Positions 8,221 through 17,693 of a stretch of 64,000 bases of DNA are shown here, in pieces. The notes beneath the pieces were generated by a model. It saw only the letters and a list, made by a program, of their open reading frames with translations, made no database searches and was not told the DNA's origin. The position numbers and the translations under genes were made by a program. Position 1 is the stretch's first letter; each line of letters opens with the position of its first letter. This stretch comes from an uncultured Methanosarcinales archaeon (lineage in GTDB: Archaea > Nanobdellota > Nanobdellia > Woesearchaeales > GW2011-AR9): the NCBI GenBank assembly GCA_964604645.1, contig CAZRZP010000006.1, positions 1,953-65,952 of the forward strand. The letters are read 5' to 3'.

Positions 8221-9879
8221 TTATTCGTATTTTTTACAGACGCCCAATTTCTTTCCAGATAAACGAGTAAGTCTTTCACATATAATCTTTTCGTTTACAG
8301 GGCCAATTTTGAACGGAGTAGTTATAGTTCTTAGTCCACTGTCAAAAGTAGATCTATACAAATTATTTTTGCTACCACAACCTAAGAAACAGCCAACTTC
8401 AATTGAATAATTATCATCATCAGGGGTGCAATCTATAGCTCCTGATTCTCCACAACCATTTCCAATCATTTCTTTCCAAGGTGCATTAATAATACAATCA
8501 CTGTAAGAAAAATCCGTTTCTTTACAACCATTTGAACAATCAACATGAGATGAAAAGTAACATTGCGATAAAGAGGGGCTAATACCAATTTCTTCACCAC
8601 TATATTCATCCACTAAACCAAAAACATGCATTAATTCATGAAGAGCTACACTGGTACCATCATAAAATGGAGGATTGTGATAAGCATTACCATACCTATA
8701 AGCTCCATGTCCAAACTCTGAACCATAAGATAAGCTTCCATTGTTCAAAATTAAATTAAATTGGTTGTCAAGTTGACAGGCAGTTACAATTTTGTAACCT
8801 TGCTTAATATTTGTATAAGATGAAGGACCATTTGTAGCCATCCAAACATTAAACTCCCCCCCATAGGAAGAAAAAGGTTCATGATTAAATATTTCTGAGA
8901 TCATTTTTTCAATAATAGGTTTAGAATCACCGTATCCTACACCCGCTAGCACTAAATTTATTTTTCCACGATTCTGAACTACATTCTCACATTGAGCACC
9001 AGCATTCTTAATAACAGAACCGCGCTTTATTTTGTCTATTCGATTAACTTTTCTCCCTTCCTGAAAATAAGTAATAGTCGCGTCATAATCCCCTAAAGGT
9101 AAATTCTTTACTTCAACACCAAAAACTCCGTCATTTGCAAATGAATCACCATGAAAACCATCATCATATAGTTTATATCCTTTCTCACCAACCTCAATTC
9201 TAGGTCTGGTGAAATTAAATCCCGTAGCTGAAAAAACAAACCTAACAATACTGTTTGTTGCAGCTATTTCTGGAATAATTTCAAGATTGAATGATTCAGA
9301 AAAAGAAGGGCCTTTAGATTTAGGAAGGTCTCTGGTTATTTTAATTTGGAGTTTATCTAATTCCGAACAAACACCATTTTCACAACCTTTAGGGCAAGTG
9401 TGCGGAGTTGCTTTTAGCTGGTTGAGATCACAATAATATTCAATTAATTTTTCATGATTAATACAGGCATCTCTAAACTCCCCGTCATTACCATCAATAT
9501 CCCTTCCTGAAGTGTTACCCTGTAAATAATATTCCTTTCCTCCATCATCATCTTTACAGGAAGGTGGTTTACATTCACCTTTTGAACAACCAGTCACACA
9601 ATTTAAAGTACTTGCTAAAGGTTTGTCTCCTTGACATCTAAAAACAACAATCTCATTACTTTCTGGAATCCACCTATTTTGACAACCATCGCTTAATCTA
9701 TACGATTTAGTAATAATTCCCTGGCGTGCAATTCCAACTACCGAATCTTTCTGTTCAAAACAATTATTCCAGTCAATTGAGTTCTCTTGCCCAATTATTC
9801 TTTTTGAAAGGAAACTTTCTTCAATTTCTGCAGAACAACCTAAAATAAATAATGGTAAGAAAAGTAAAATCCATTTCAT
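8221..9879 (-). CDS. Secreted Cys-rich zinc metallopeptidase (M64-like), putative lipoprotein
   Basis: Signal peptide ending in a lipobox-like ILGC; HELMHVFGLVDEY zincin motif; Cys-rich modules; LYDDG..GD..ANDGVF segment. Confidence 0.75.
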   Translation of the reverse strand: MKWILLFLPLFILGCSAEIEESFLSKRIIGQENSIDWNNCFEQKDSVVGIARQGIITKSYRLSDGCQNRWIPESNEIVVFRCQGDKPLASTLNCVTGCSKGECKPPSCKDDDGGKEYYLQGNTSGRDIDGNDGEFRDACINHEKLIEYYCDLNQLKATPHTCPKGCENGVCSELDKLQIKITRDLPKSKGPSFSESFNLEIIPEIAATNSIVRFVFSATGFNFTRPRIEVGEKGYKLYDDGFHGDSFANDGVFGVEVKNLPLGDYDATITYFQEGRKVNRIDKIKRGSVIKNAGAQCENVVQNRGKINLVLAGVGYGDSKPIIEKMISEIFNHEPFSSYGGEFNVWMATNGPSSYTNIKQGYKIVTACQLDNQFNLILNNGSLSYGSEFGHGAYRYGNAYHNPPFYDGTSVALHELMHVFGLVDEYSGEEIGISPSLSQCYFSSHVDCSNGCKETDFSYSDCIINAPWKEMIGNGCGESGAIDCTPDDDNYSIEVGCFLGCGSKNNLYRSTFDSGLRTITTPFKIGPVNEKIICERLTRLSGKKLGVCKKYE

Positions 9880-10316
9880 CTTTCATATTTCTTTATTTTT
9901 TTAACTCTTCTTTGGTGTCTAACTTCTTTAGAGAGGGAAGTGTTGAGAAATGTAAGAATCATTTTTTTTGCAACCGCAATATCAGAAAACCAGCCAGATA
10001 AACAAAGAACATTTGCATCATTATGTTCTCTACTTAATTTCGTTAATTTTACTGTTGAAGGATTAACTGCGCGTATTCCTTTAACTTTATTTGCTGCGAT
10101 ACAAACGCCTTCTGCTGAACCACATAACAAAATTCCTTTAGTTTTTTCTTTTGCAACTTTCTCAGCTAAAGGAAATGCATAATCTGGATAATCGTCATTC
10201 TTATCATAGACCAAATTTCCAACATCTTCAAATTTGATGTTTTGTTTGTTTAGCCATATCTTTATTTTTTCTTTTAACTCAAATCCTGCATGATCTGCTC
10301 CAATAAATATTTTCAT
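9876..10316 (-). CDS. rpiB: Ribose-5-phosphate isomerase B
   Basis: GADHAGFELK, DYPDYA, CGS, ANKVKGIRA, REHNDANVLCL, RHQRRV. Confidence 0.95.
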   Translation of the reverse strand: MKIFIGADHAGFELKEKIKIWLNKQNIKFEDVGNLVYDKNDDYPDYAFPLAEKVAKEKTKGILLCGSAEGVCIAANKVKGIRAVNPSTVKLTKLSREHNDANVLCLSGWFSDIAVAKKMILTFLNTSLSKEVRHQRRVKKIKKYER

Positions 10317-10384
10317 AGGATAAGAAGAACTAAGAGGTATTTAATGATTTATATTTATTTTATAGTAACAAAACAGAATATTAA

Positions 10385-10741
10385 TTATTTCCTAACTTTA
10401 ACAAGCACAAAATAAGTAATTATCAAAATACCAATATGTAATACACCAGATGCTGCCGATTTACTTGCAACCCAACCGGCTTGAACAGATAATGCGCCCA
10501 ATAAAGCGTTGACAAAAATTGGTAGAAAAGCCAATTTTCCTAGGCCAACTTGCTTTTCAAGCCAGGGAATTAAAAGGACAATAAAAGCAGTCGCTCCGAT
10601 TAAACTAGCCCGGGTGGGATTTACAGTTGGATATAACCAAACGTATAACATATCAATAAGCAATTGTAATAAAATTAGAATAAATATGGCTTTGCCATGC
10701 AATTTAATTTTTTCTGAAAGATTTTGCGTAAGATTTTCCAT
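10385..10741 (-). CDS. Hypothetical membrane protein
   Basis: About 4 hydrophobic segments; ATG 10741 chosen as start. Confidence 0.6.
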   Translation of the reverse strand: MENLTQNLSEKIKLHGKAIFILILLQLLIDMLYVWLYPTVNPTRASLIGATAFIVLLIPWLEKQVGLGKLAFLPIFVNALLGALSVQAGWVASKSAASGVLHIGILIITYFVLVKVRK

Positions 10742-11114
10742 AATATACACCAACCATTAGGATAAAGAAAATTATAACAGTTATAAACATTCCTATCACT
10801 GAAGTGGCACTCAAATAGGATAAATCAGAACCATCTGTAGCTATCAAATAAACTAATTCGTCTAAAATCAAAGCAGTACCAACTCCAGCCATAATATAAT
10901 TATATTTATGTCCAATCTGGTTTACAAATAAAATAAAAGAAATAATTAATAAAATACATCCAATATAGAGATGGTGAATATTTATTGAGCCTAAATTTAA
11001 ATTAGTATTAGGTGAAAGATGTAAGAATATACGAGTAACCAATAAAGTAATAAAAACTGAGAAAGCGTATAATTTAACATTCTGAGTAGGAATTTTCTTT
11101 TTCACAACTACCAC
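10704..11114 (-). CDS. Hypothetical membrane protein
   Basis: 4 TM segments, IHHLYIG and ALILDE motifs; directly abuts fba. Confidence 0.65.
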   Translation of the reverse strand: MVVVKKKIPTQNVKLYAFSVFITLLVTRIFLHLSPNTNLNLGSINIHHLYIGCILLIISFILFVNQIGHKYNYIMAGVGTALILDELVYLIATDGSDLSYLSATSVIGMFITVIIFFILMVGVYYGKSYAKSFRKN

Positions 11115-12029
11115 CTAAGCTTTATTCCTGCTGCCAAATAGTTTTATCCTCTCTTCAGCAACTTCTTTTATTTTATCTCTTGCTGGTCCTAAAATATGTC
11201 TAGGATCAAAATCTTTTGGTTTCTGTTTAAGGAATTTTCTAACAGCTGCATCAAATGCTAGTCTTAAATCAGTATCTGTATTGATTTTATTAATTCCGTT
11301 TCTAATTGCAAGTTTAATTTGTGAATTTGGAACACCATAAACTCCAGATAATTTAGCTCCATATTTTTCTGCTTGTCTAACTATTCTAACTGGAACTCCG
11401 GAAGCTCCATGAAGAACTAACGGAACTTTGGTAGTTTTTTTTATTGTTTTCAAAATGTCGTGCCGTAAATCTGCTTTACCCTTAAACTTATACGCACCAT
11501 GTGATGTGCCTATTGCAACAGCTAAGAAGTCACACCCAGTTTTTTGGATGAATTCTTTTGCTTTTCCAGGATCTGTATAAATTATTTTTTTTGCTGAAAT
11601 CAAATCTTCGCTGCCACCAATAGTTCCAAGTTCAGCTTCTACACTTACGCCTTTTTTATGAGCCCATCCCACAACTTTTTTTGTAACTTTAATATTTTCT
11701 TCAAACGGTAAATGAGAACCATCAAACATCACTGAAGAATAGCCCATTTTAATCGCTTGTTTGATGGTGTTTAAATCTCTTCCATGGTCAAGATGAAAGG
11801 CCATTGGAATTTTCGTTAAATTAGAAGCAGTTTTTGCTAAATCAAACAAAAAATTCATTCCTGCATATTTGATTGCTCCTTCAGAGGTTGCAAGAATAAT
11901 AGGAGAATTTAGGTTAACTGCAGCTTGAACAACGCCCTGAAGTATTTCCATGTTGTTAATATTAAAATGTGGAACCGCGTAATTACCTTTACGTGCTTTT
12001 CTGAGAATTGATTTAGTTGAAGTAAACAT
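11115..12029 (-). CDS. fba: Class II fructose-1,6-bisphosphate aldolase
   Basis: HLDHG, SVMFDGS, VEAELG, GTSHGAYK, VLHGASG, KINTDTD. Confidence 0.96.
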   Translation of the reverse strand: MFTSTKSILRKARKGNYAVPHFNINNMEILQGVVQAAVNLNSPIILATSEGAIKYAGMNFLFDLAKTASNLTKIPMAFHLDHGRDLNTIKQAIKMGYSSVMFDGSHLPFEENIKVTKKVVGWAHKKGVSVEAELGTIGGSEDLISAKKIIYTDPGKAKEFIQKTGCDFLAVAIGTSHGAYKFKGKADLRHDILKTIKKTTKVPLVLHGASGVPVRIVRQAEKYGAKLSGVYGVPNSQIKLAIRNGINKINTDTDLRLAFDAAVRKFLKQKPKDFDPRHILGPARDKIKEVAEERIKLFGSRNKA

Positions 12030-12097
12030 GTTAGCCTCTTTTTTTATATAGAAAGAACTTGGGGTTTATAAAATTAAAGAAAAAAAAAGAAAACTTC

Positions 12098-12475
12098 CTA
12101 GAAAAATAATCCAATAATTCCCCAAACTAACAGCACAACCCAAACTAGAACAACCAATAAATTATCTTTCAGAACAGTTTTAGATTTGATTGCTTTTGTC
12201 ATCTTTTCAGCATATGGTGCTAAAGCCATTCCATAAAGTGCTGCTGCAAAGAAGGTTACTGCAAGAATTTGAACTATTGATAAACCGGCATCCAATAGAA
12301 AGTATAAGATAACTGCTGTTCCAATTAAAGTTAGAACTTGAAACAGTTTTGTTTTTTTAAACAATTTACTTGACAAATTGAATAAAAAATCTGGTTTAAT
12401 CGCCAAAAGAATTAATTTAACTCCTCCAAATAATACTAACAAGAATGCTAATACCTCAATTGCTCCAAATGTCAT
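12098..12475 (-). CDS. Hypothetical membrane protein
   Basis: 4 TM segments; ATG 12475 follows an AGGTGA Shine-Dalgarno. Confidence 0.65.
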   Translation of the reverse strand: MTFGAIEVLAFLLVLFGGVKLILLAIKPDFLFNLSSKLFKKTKLFQVLTLIGTAVILYFLLDAGLSIVQILAVTFFAAALYGMALAPYAEKMTKAIKSKTVLKDNLLVVLVWVVLLVWGIIGLFF

Positions 12476-12555
12476 GATATCACCTAACACCTAAAATAAA
12501 AGAAAGTTTTTATACTTTACTAATTTTGTTAGTGTGGTTAAAGGGGGTGGATGTT

Positions 12556-13149
12556 ATGTCGATACAATCAAAAGCTAAAAAAAATAGAAAACCAGGAGCA
12601 GACTGTTCACCATTATTCTACACTCGATGGTCGCCGAGAGCGATGAAGGGCCAACTTACTAAGAAAGAATTATTACCTCTGTTTGAAGCTGCTAGATGGG
12701 CCCCTTCTGCTTTTAATGTGCAACCATGGAGGTTTCTTGTTGCACATAAAAAAAGTGATAGAGATAAATTCATGACATTTCTGGTTGATTTCAACAAACA
12801 ATGGTGTAAAAATGCATCAGCATTAGTAATTATTCTATCCAGAAATAAATCTGAATATAAAAACAAACCAAATCCAACGCATTCTTTTGATACTGGTGCT
12901 GCTTGGGTATCTTTAGCATTGGAAGGAGCTAGAAGAGGATTAGTTGTTCATGGCATGTCAGGATTTGATTACAATAAAGCAAGAAAAGTTATGAAGATAC
13001 CTAAAGTATATTCAATTGAAGCGATGTGTGCGATTGGTAAATTAGCTTCTCCATCAGTCTTACCACCAGAGATTGCTAAAACAGAGAAACCAAATCAAAG
13101 GAAGAAGTTGAAAGAAATTTTGAGTTGGGGTAAGTTTAATTGGAAGTGA
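12556..13149 (+). CDS. Nitroreductase family protein
   Basis: RWSPRA, EAARWAPSAFNVQPWRF, FDTGAAW, HGMSGFD. Confidence 0.93.
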   Translation: MSIQSKAKKNRKPGADCSPLFYTRWSPRAMKGQLTKKELLPLFEAARWAPSAFNVQPWRFLVAHKKSDRDKFMTFLVDFNKQWCKNASALVIILSRNKSEYKNKPNPTHSFDTGAAWVSLALEGARRGLVVHGMSGFDYNKARKVMKIPKVYSIEAMCAIGKLASPSVLPPEIAKTEKPNQRKKLKEILSWGKFNWK

Positions 13150-13151
13150 AG

Positions 13152-13490
13152 TCAAATCTCCTTACTTTTCAAATCTAATTTCTCATCATAGAAATGATAA
13201 TAAACATGTAAACTGCCAATTAAAAAAAGTGGAATTGTGCTAGCAAATGTAAACTTATTGCCTAACGCAACTAAAAATAAAATAACTCCCCAGAATATCC
13301 AAATAATTCCACCAAATAATTCATTCTTCCAAGAAATTCCAGTAGTTAAAGCCAATACTATCCAAACTTGTGCTCCGATAATAAAAGTGGGAGTGGCAGC
13401 ATATAGAAAAACAATACCAACTGACCAAACTAATAATACAGTTAAGGCAATTATCCGAGGAGACCAACGTAATATTTTACTTAACTCCAC
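13152..13490 (-). CDS. Hypothetical membrane protein
   Basis: 4 TM segments; translationally coupled to the PfkB gene. Confidence 0.6.
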   Translation of the reverse strand: MELSKILRWSPRIIALTVLLVWSVGIVFLYAATPTFIIGAQVWIVLALTTGISWKNELFGGIIWIFWGVILFLVALGNKFTFASTIPLFLIGSLHVYYHFYDEKLDLKSKEI

Positions 13491-14416
13491 TATAACACCT
13501 TTACTTTTATTTTTTTAGCTGCTTTCAATGCTTCACTCCAAGTTAATAATTTATGTTTAGTCCCCATATGTTGAATAACTGAAGAGGAATTTACTTGACC
13601 TACTTTCATAGCTTCTGAAAAAGGCAAGCCTTTAATCAAACCAGCCAGAAAACCAGAATTAAAAGCATCACCAGCACCAGCTGTATTTATTTTTTTTACT
13701 GGAAGCGGCATTAACGAATATATTTTATCATGTAAACCATATAATCTTTTAGGGCCATTAGTAATAATTACCATCTTTGGACCAAGTTTGTGTAAACCAT
13801 GAAGCATCGAATGAATTCCTTGCTTTTTTCCTAATAGCACTTCGGCTTCTTCTTTGTTTAAGATAATTACATTGGTGCAACGCAAAACTGCACTCAAATA
13901 CTTTTTTCCTCTTTTTGCTAAATATAGTGATGGATTAAACAAAATTGGCTTATCACACTGAGCTAAATCCTTAGCCACTGAAAAAGATTTTCCCGTAAGA
14001 CTTGCAAGATAAAACCATTTAGCATTTAACTGAGACTTCTTATAGTCAGATTTGTTTAAATCTAAAGAAGAACCTTTATGGGCAAAAATAATTCTATCTT
14101 TTTTTTCAGTAATGATAGTAGAAGAGTTTGTTGATTTTTTACTCTTATGCAAAGTTATATTTTTTATTCCACGGTTTTTCAAATCTTTCAAAACATAATC
14201 AGCTTCATGGTCCATCCCTAACTTTACTAAAGTACGTACTTTTAAACCAAGCTTAGATAATCCAGCAGCAGCATTGCTTGCTCCACCACCAGAATGAGAT
14301 TCTAAGCCTTTGACTAAAATCTTATCTCCTGCTCTTATTGATGAAATTGGTTGCTCTAAATGTAAAAAGTGATCTACAGTAGCAGAACCGATACATAAAA
14401 CATCATATTTCAACAT
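13490..14416 (-). CDS. PfkB/ribokinase-family carbohydrate kinase
   Basis: GGGASNAAAGLSKLG, LNKEEA, NTAGAGDAFNSG. Confidence 0.92.
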   Translation of the reverse strand: MLKYDVLCIGSATVDHFLHLEQPISSIRAGDKILVKGLESHSGGGASNAAAGLSKLGLKVRTLVKLGMDHEADYVLKDLKNRGIKNITLHKSKKSTNSSTIITEKKDRIIFAHKGSSLDLNKSDYKKSQLNAKWFYLASLTGKSFSVAKDLAQCDKPILFNPSLYLAKRGKKYLSAVLRCTNVIILNKEEAEVLLGKKQGIHSMLHGLHKLGPKMVIITNGPKRLYGLHDKIYSLMPLPVKKINTAGAGDAFNSGFLAGLIKGLPFSEAMKVGQVNSSSVIQHMGTKHKLLTWSEALKAAKKIKVKVL

Positions 14417-14502
14417 TTTTCTCCTTTTTATCTACTTATTTGGTTTCTTTTTCAATAGAAAGGTCTAAGCATTTAAAACTATTTTCTTTTTATTGCTATA
14501 AT

Positions 14503-15330
14503 CTAACCAGATTTCAATCGATAGAATTTATGTTTTTTATTAACTAATATCTTCAAATTAGGTTTAAGTCTCTCATAACACACATAAGTGAAAGGCAGGT
14601 AAGGAGAAACAAATTTATCAATCTGCTCTTTACTCATCCCACTCCCAGTTCTTTTCTTTAGTTCCTTCTCTTGCTGTAACCTCCAATGAAAATGTAAATG
14701 TGAAGAATCAGGCTGTAGCATAATTAAATAATCAATGAATTTCCAAGTTCTTAGATAACTTATTAGATATTTGAAGACTGGCTTATGATATTTCAGTTTA
14801 GGATCTAGTTTTAGTAAATCAATTTTATGCTTCTTACAGATTTCAACCAATTCTTTCGTACTAACCAAAGGCAAACCTACAAACCAACCTTCAAACAACA
14901 CAAAATCTGGAGATTTATTAACTTTAATTGTTTTTGATGTAACATCACCTGCTGCATTTTTTAACGATTTATCAAAGATTGGCAGTGTGAATTTCTGTCC
15001 ACGTTTTATTTTCTGCAATGTATTCTGTAAAAGCCTTTCTCGGTGCGTACCAGGTAATCCTCTAGATATTTCGTAGAATGAATTGCCTGGATGTTTTTTT
15101 TTCAGTTTCTTTCTTTGTTCAAAAGTCTTATAAAAATCATCAATGGAGAAACGTTCAACATGAAACCCTTTCTGTTCCAATGCGTTCTTTAAATACTTCC
15201 CCAACGTTGTCTTTCCAGTACCTTGGCCACCTTGTAAGCCAATAATAATTGTCTTACGACTTTTTAACTTAGAAATCTTACCCACCAAAGGTTTCAATAC
15301 ATTTTTTTTTTCAAAAGAGGTATATTCCAC
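14503..15330 (-). CDS. GLYK-type (D-glycerate 3-kinase-like) P-loop kinase
   Basis: GLQGGQGTGKTT, SIDDFY, RGLPGTH, P.FDKSL...AGD, LFEGW, WRLQQE, GMS.EQI..FV..YLP. Confidence 0.75.
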   Translation of the reverse strand: MEYTSFEKKNVLKPLVGKISKLKSRKTIIIGLQGGQGTGKTTLGKYLKNALEQKGFHVERFSIDDFYKTFEQRKKLKKKHPGNSFYEISRGLPGTHRERLLQNTLQKIKRGQKFTLPIFDKSLKNAAGDVTSKTIKVNKSPDFVLFEGWFVGLPLVSTKELVEICKKHKIDLLKLDPKLKYHKPVFKYLISYLRTWKFIDYLIMLQPDSSHLHFHWRLQQEKELKKRTGSGMSKEQIDKFVSPYLPFTYVCYERLKPNLKILVNKKHKFYRLKSG

Positions 15331-15333
15331 TGC

Positions 15334-15852
15334 TTAATCACCTTTAAGTTTAGCAACAATCGTTTTAGCAAATTTTTCAGCAGTTTCAGGTCCACTTGCA
15401 GTAATAAGATTTCCATCTATTTCTACTTCAGCACCAGTAAATTCTGCTCCTTGACTTTCTAATATTGGTTTTATTTGACCATCTTTGTTCCAAGAAGTTA
15501 CTTTCTTTCCTTCTAACAATCCAGCATAACCAAGAATTGTTGGGGCAATGCAAATTGCTGCTAAAACTTTACCATAATTTACAGCTTCTTGTGCAGTCAT
15601 GTGTGCTTGTACATCATGTTGAAAACCTTTGGCACCTGGACCTCCAACAAAAACAACTGCTTCATACTCTCCCATGTTAATATCTTCTAAAGAAATATCT
15701 GCTGTTGCCTTTGCCCCTAATTTTCCGATACATTCACCAGGATTTTTTGAAGCAGTTACAACTTCGAAACCATTCTCTTCAAAAATCTTCTTTGGTATTT
15801 GATATTCTTCATCCCTAAAGCCCTGTTGGGCAATTATCATTATTAGTTTCAT
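15334..15852 (-). CDS. DJ-1/PfpI family protein
   Basis: FRDEE, FVGGPG, AAICIAP (nucleophilic Cys), DGNLITASGP. Confidence 0.92.
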   Translation of the reverse strand: MKLIMIIAQQGFRDEEYQIPKKIFEENGFEVVTASKNPGECIGKLGAKATADISLEDINMGEYEAVVFVGGPGAKGFQHDVQAHMTAQEAVNYGKVLAAICIAPTILGYAGLLEGKKVTSWNKDGQIKPILESQGAEFTGAEVEIDGNLITASGPETAEKFAKTIVAKLKGD

Positions 15853-15983
15853 ATAATGTGAAAAGAGGACTAGTTTTTATTTCTTACCATTTTTTGTTGT
15901 TGAGATACATAAATTAGACATTTCAAACCAGTGGTTAAAAAAGAGAGATATATTTATATGTTAACTCAATAGCTATTGATTAA

Positions 15984-16652
15984 ATGGATGTAAAAGCCAT
16001 CAACTTTGATTTTTATGGGACAATTGTAGATTGGGTTCCTGTATGGGTTTCTGTAACAAAAAAAATAATTGAAGACAATAATCTTTATGCTGATCCAAAA
16101 GAATTTGCCATTGAATGGAGAAAATCTCAACGACAATTTGTGGAAGCACAAGAATTTACTCCATACAAAAATTATATTGAGTCAGCACTAAATTTTCTTT
16201 GCAAAAATAACAACATTGAAAATAAAAATTATCATTTGTTGCTTTTCGAAAAATGGAAAGATATGCCTCCATTTGATGAAGTCCCAGAAACATTAAAGAA
16301 ACTAAAAGAAAAATACATTTTAGCAATTTGTTCTAACAGTGCAAGAGATTTTTTTAATTCTTTAGAAGAAAAACTACCAATAAAATTTAATTTTGTCAAC
16401 ATCTCTGATGAAACAGAAGTGAATAAACCACATAAAAAAATGTACGATTTTGCAATTAAAGATATAGGTTTTCCTCCAAAAAACATAATCCATGTTGCCA
16501 GTTCACAAATGGATGTGAAAGGAGCCACAAATGCAGGATTTATTGTAGTTTGGATTAACAGAAGAGGTCAAGAGAGATTACCTGATACGCCTAAACCGAC
16601 GTATGAAATCAGAAAATTAGATGAACTTCTTGGAATATTAAACATTAATTAA
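15984..16652 (+). CDS. HAD-superfamily hydrolase (haloacid dehalogenase type II-like)
   Basis: FDFYGTIVDW, SN, KPH, HVASSQMDVKGA, WINR. Confidence 0.9.
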   Translation: MDVKAINFDFYGTIVDWVPVWVSVTKKIIEDNNLYADPKEFAIEWRKSQRQFVEAQEFTPYKNYIESALNFLCKNNNIENKNYHLLLFEKWKDMPPFDEVPETLKKLKEKYILAICSNSARDFFNSLEEKLPIKFNFVNISDETEVNKPHKKMYDFAIKDIGFPPKNIIHVASSQMDVKGATNAGFIVVWINRRGQERLPDTPKPTYEIRKLDELLGILNIN

Positions 16653-16725
16653 AATTCATATTACAGTCACAACTTTTTTTACAAATAATAGTAACATTTA
16701 TCAAACTAAACAGAATAATCTATTT

Positions 16726-17688
16726 ATGATAGAGATGTTTATTGTTGTAGCTGGTGTGCTTCTGATTCTAGCTTTGGCAGATTTGATTGTAAAAAGTACA
16801 GTTAAACTAGCAGAACATTTTGGTTTTTCTGGGACTTTTGTTGGTTTAACTATTCTATCAATAGGAACTAGTATCCCAGAAATCGTATCAGCAGTGGTTG
16901 GAAGTTTAAATATTTTAGAAAAACCTGAAATGATGAAAACCATGTCTGCTCTGGTTCTTGGACAAAATGTTGGTTCAGATATTTTCCAGCAAAGTTTTAT
17001 TCTTGCAATCGTAGGGATATTAGGAACGGTAATTGTTGTAAAAAAAGACCTCAATAAAGAAATGGGAGCCCTGATAATAGGTGCGGTTTTAATGTTATTA
17101 TTTTCAATGAACGGGACACTTTCAAAAATTGAGGGGGGTATTTTATTCTCAGCTTACATAGCATACCTTGTATTCCTGTATAAAACGCAAGATAATGAAA
17201 ATGTTAAAAGAAAACTTTTGACGGGAAAAGAAGTGACAATACTATGTTTTATCATTTTAATCATGTTTATTATAATGGGTCTTACAGCAGATAAAGTTCT
17301 TGAATCTTCCACTGTTTTAGTTGGTTTATTACCAATAAGTGCTTCATTTTTTGGAGTTTTATTGCTGGGAGTTGCATCTGCCCTGCCAGAACTAACTACT
17401 GCTTTAATCGCTCTATTAAAAAAGAGGACTGGAATATCAACAGGAGTATTAATTGGCAGTAACATTACTAACCCTTTATTAGGTTTAGGATTAGGTGCAG
17501 CCATCTCAAGTTACACAATACCAGGTGTTTTAGTAAAATTTGATCTGCCTTTCAAGATAGGAACAGCAATTTTAATTTATATTTTCTTGGCTAAGCATAA
17601 AGATATTTCTAAAAAAGAAGGAGCGCTATTAATCGGACTATTTTGTATTTACCTGATTACAAGACAACTTCTATTCCCACTGGACTAG
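16726..17688 (+). CDS. Ca2+/Na+ antiporter (CaCA, YrbG-like)
   Basis: Two alpha repeats: GTSIPE..GSD and ASALPE..GSN. Confidence 0.9.
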   Translation: MIEMFIVVAGVLLILALADLIVKSTVKLAEHFGFSGTFVGLTILSIGTSIPEIVSAVVGSLNILEKPEMMKTMSALVLGQNVGSDIFQQSFILAIVGILGTVIVVKKDLNKEMGALIIGAVLMLLFSMNGTLSKIEGGILFSAYIAYLVFLYKTQDNENVKRKLLTGKEVTILCFIILIMFIIMGLTADKVLESSTVLVGLLPISASFFGVLLLGVASALPELTTALIALLKKRTGISTGVLIGSNITNPLLGLGLGAAISSYTIPGVLVKFDLPFKIGTAILIYIFLAKHKDISKKEGALLIGLFCIYLITRQLLFPLD

Positions 17689-17693
17689 TTTTT

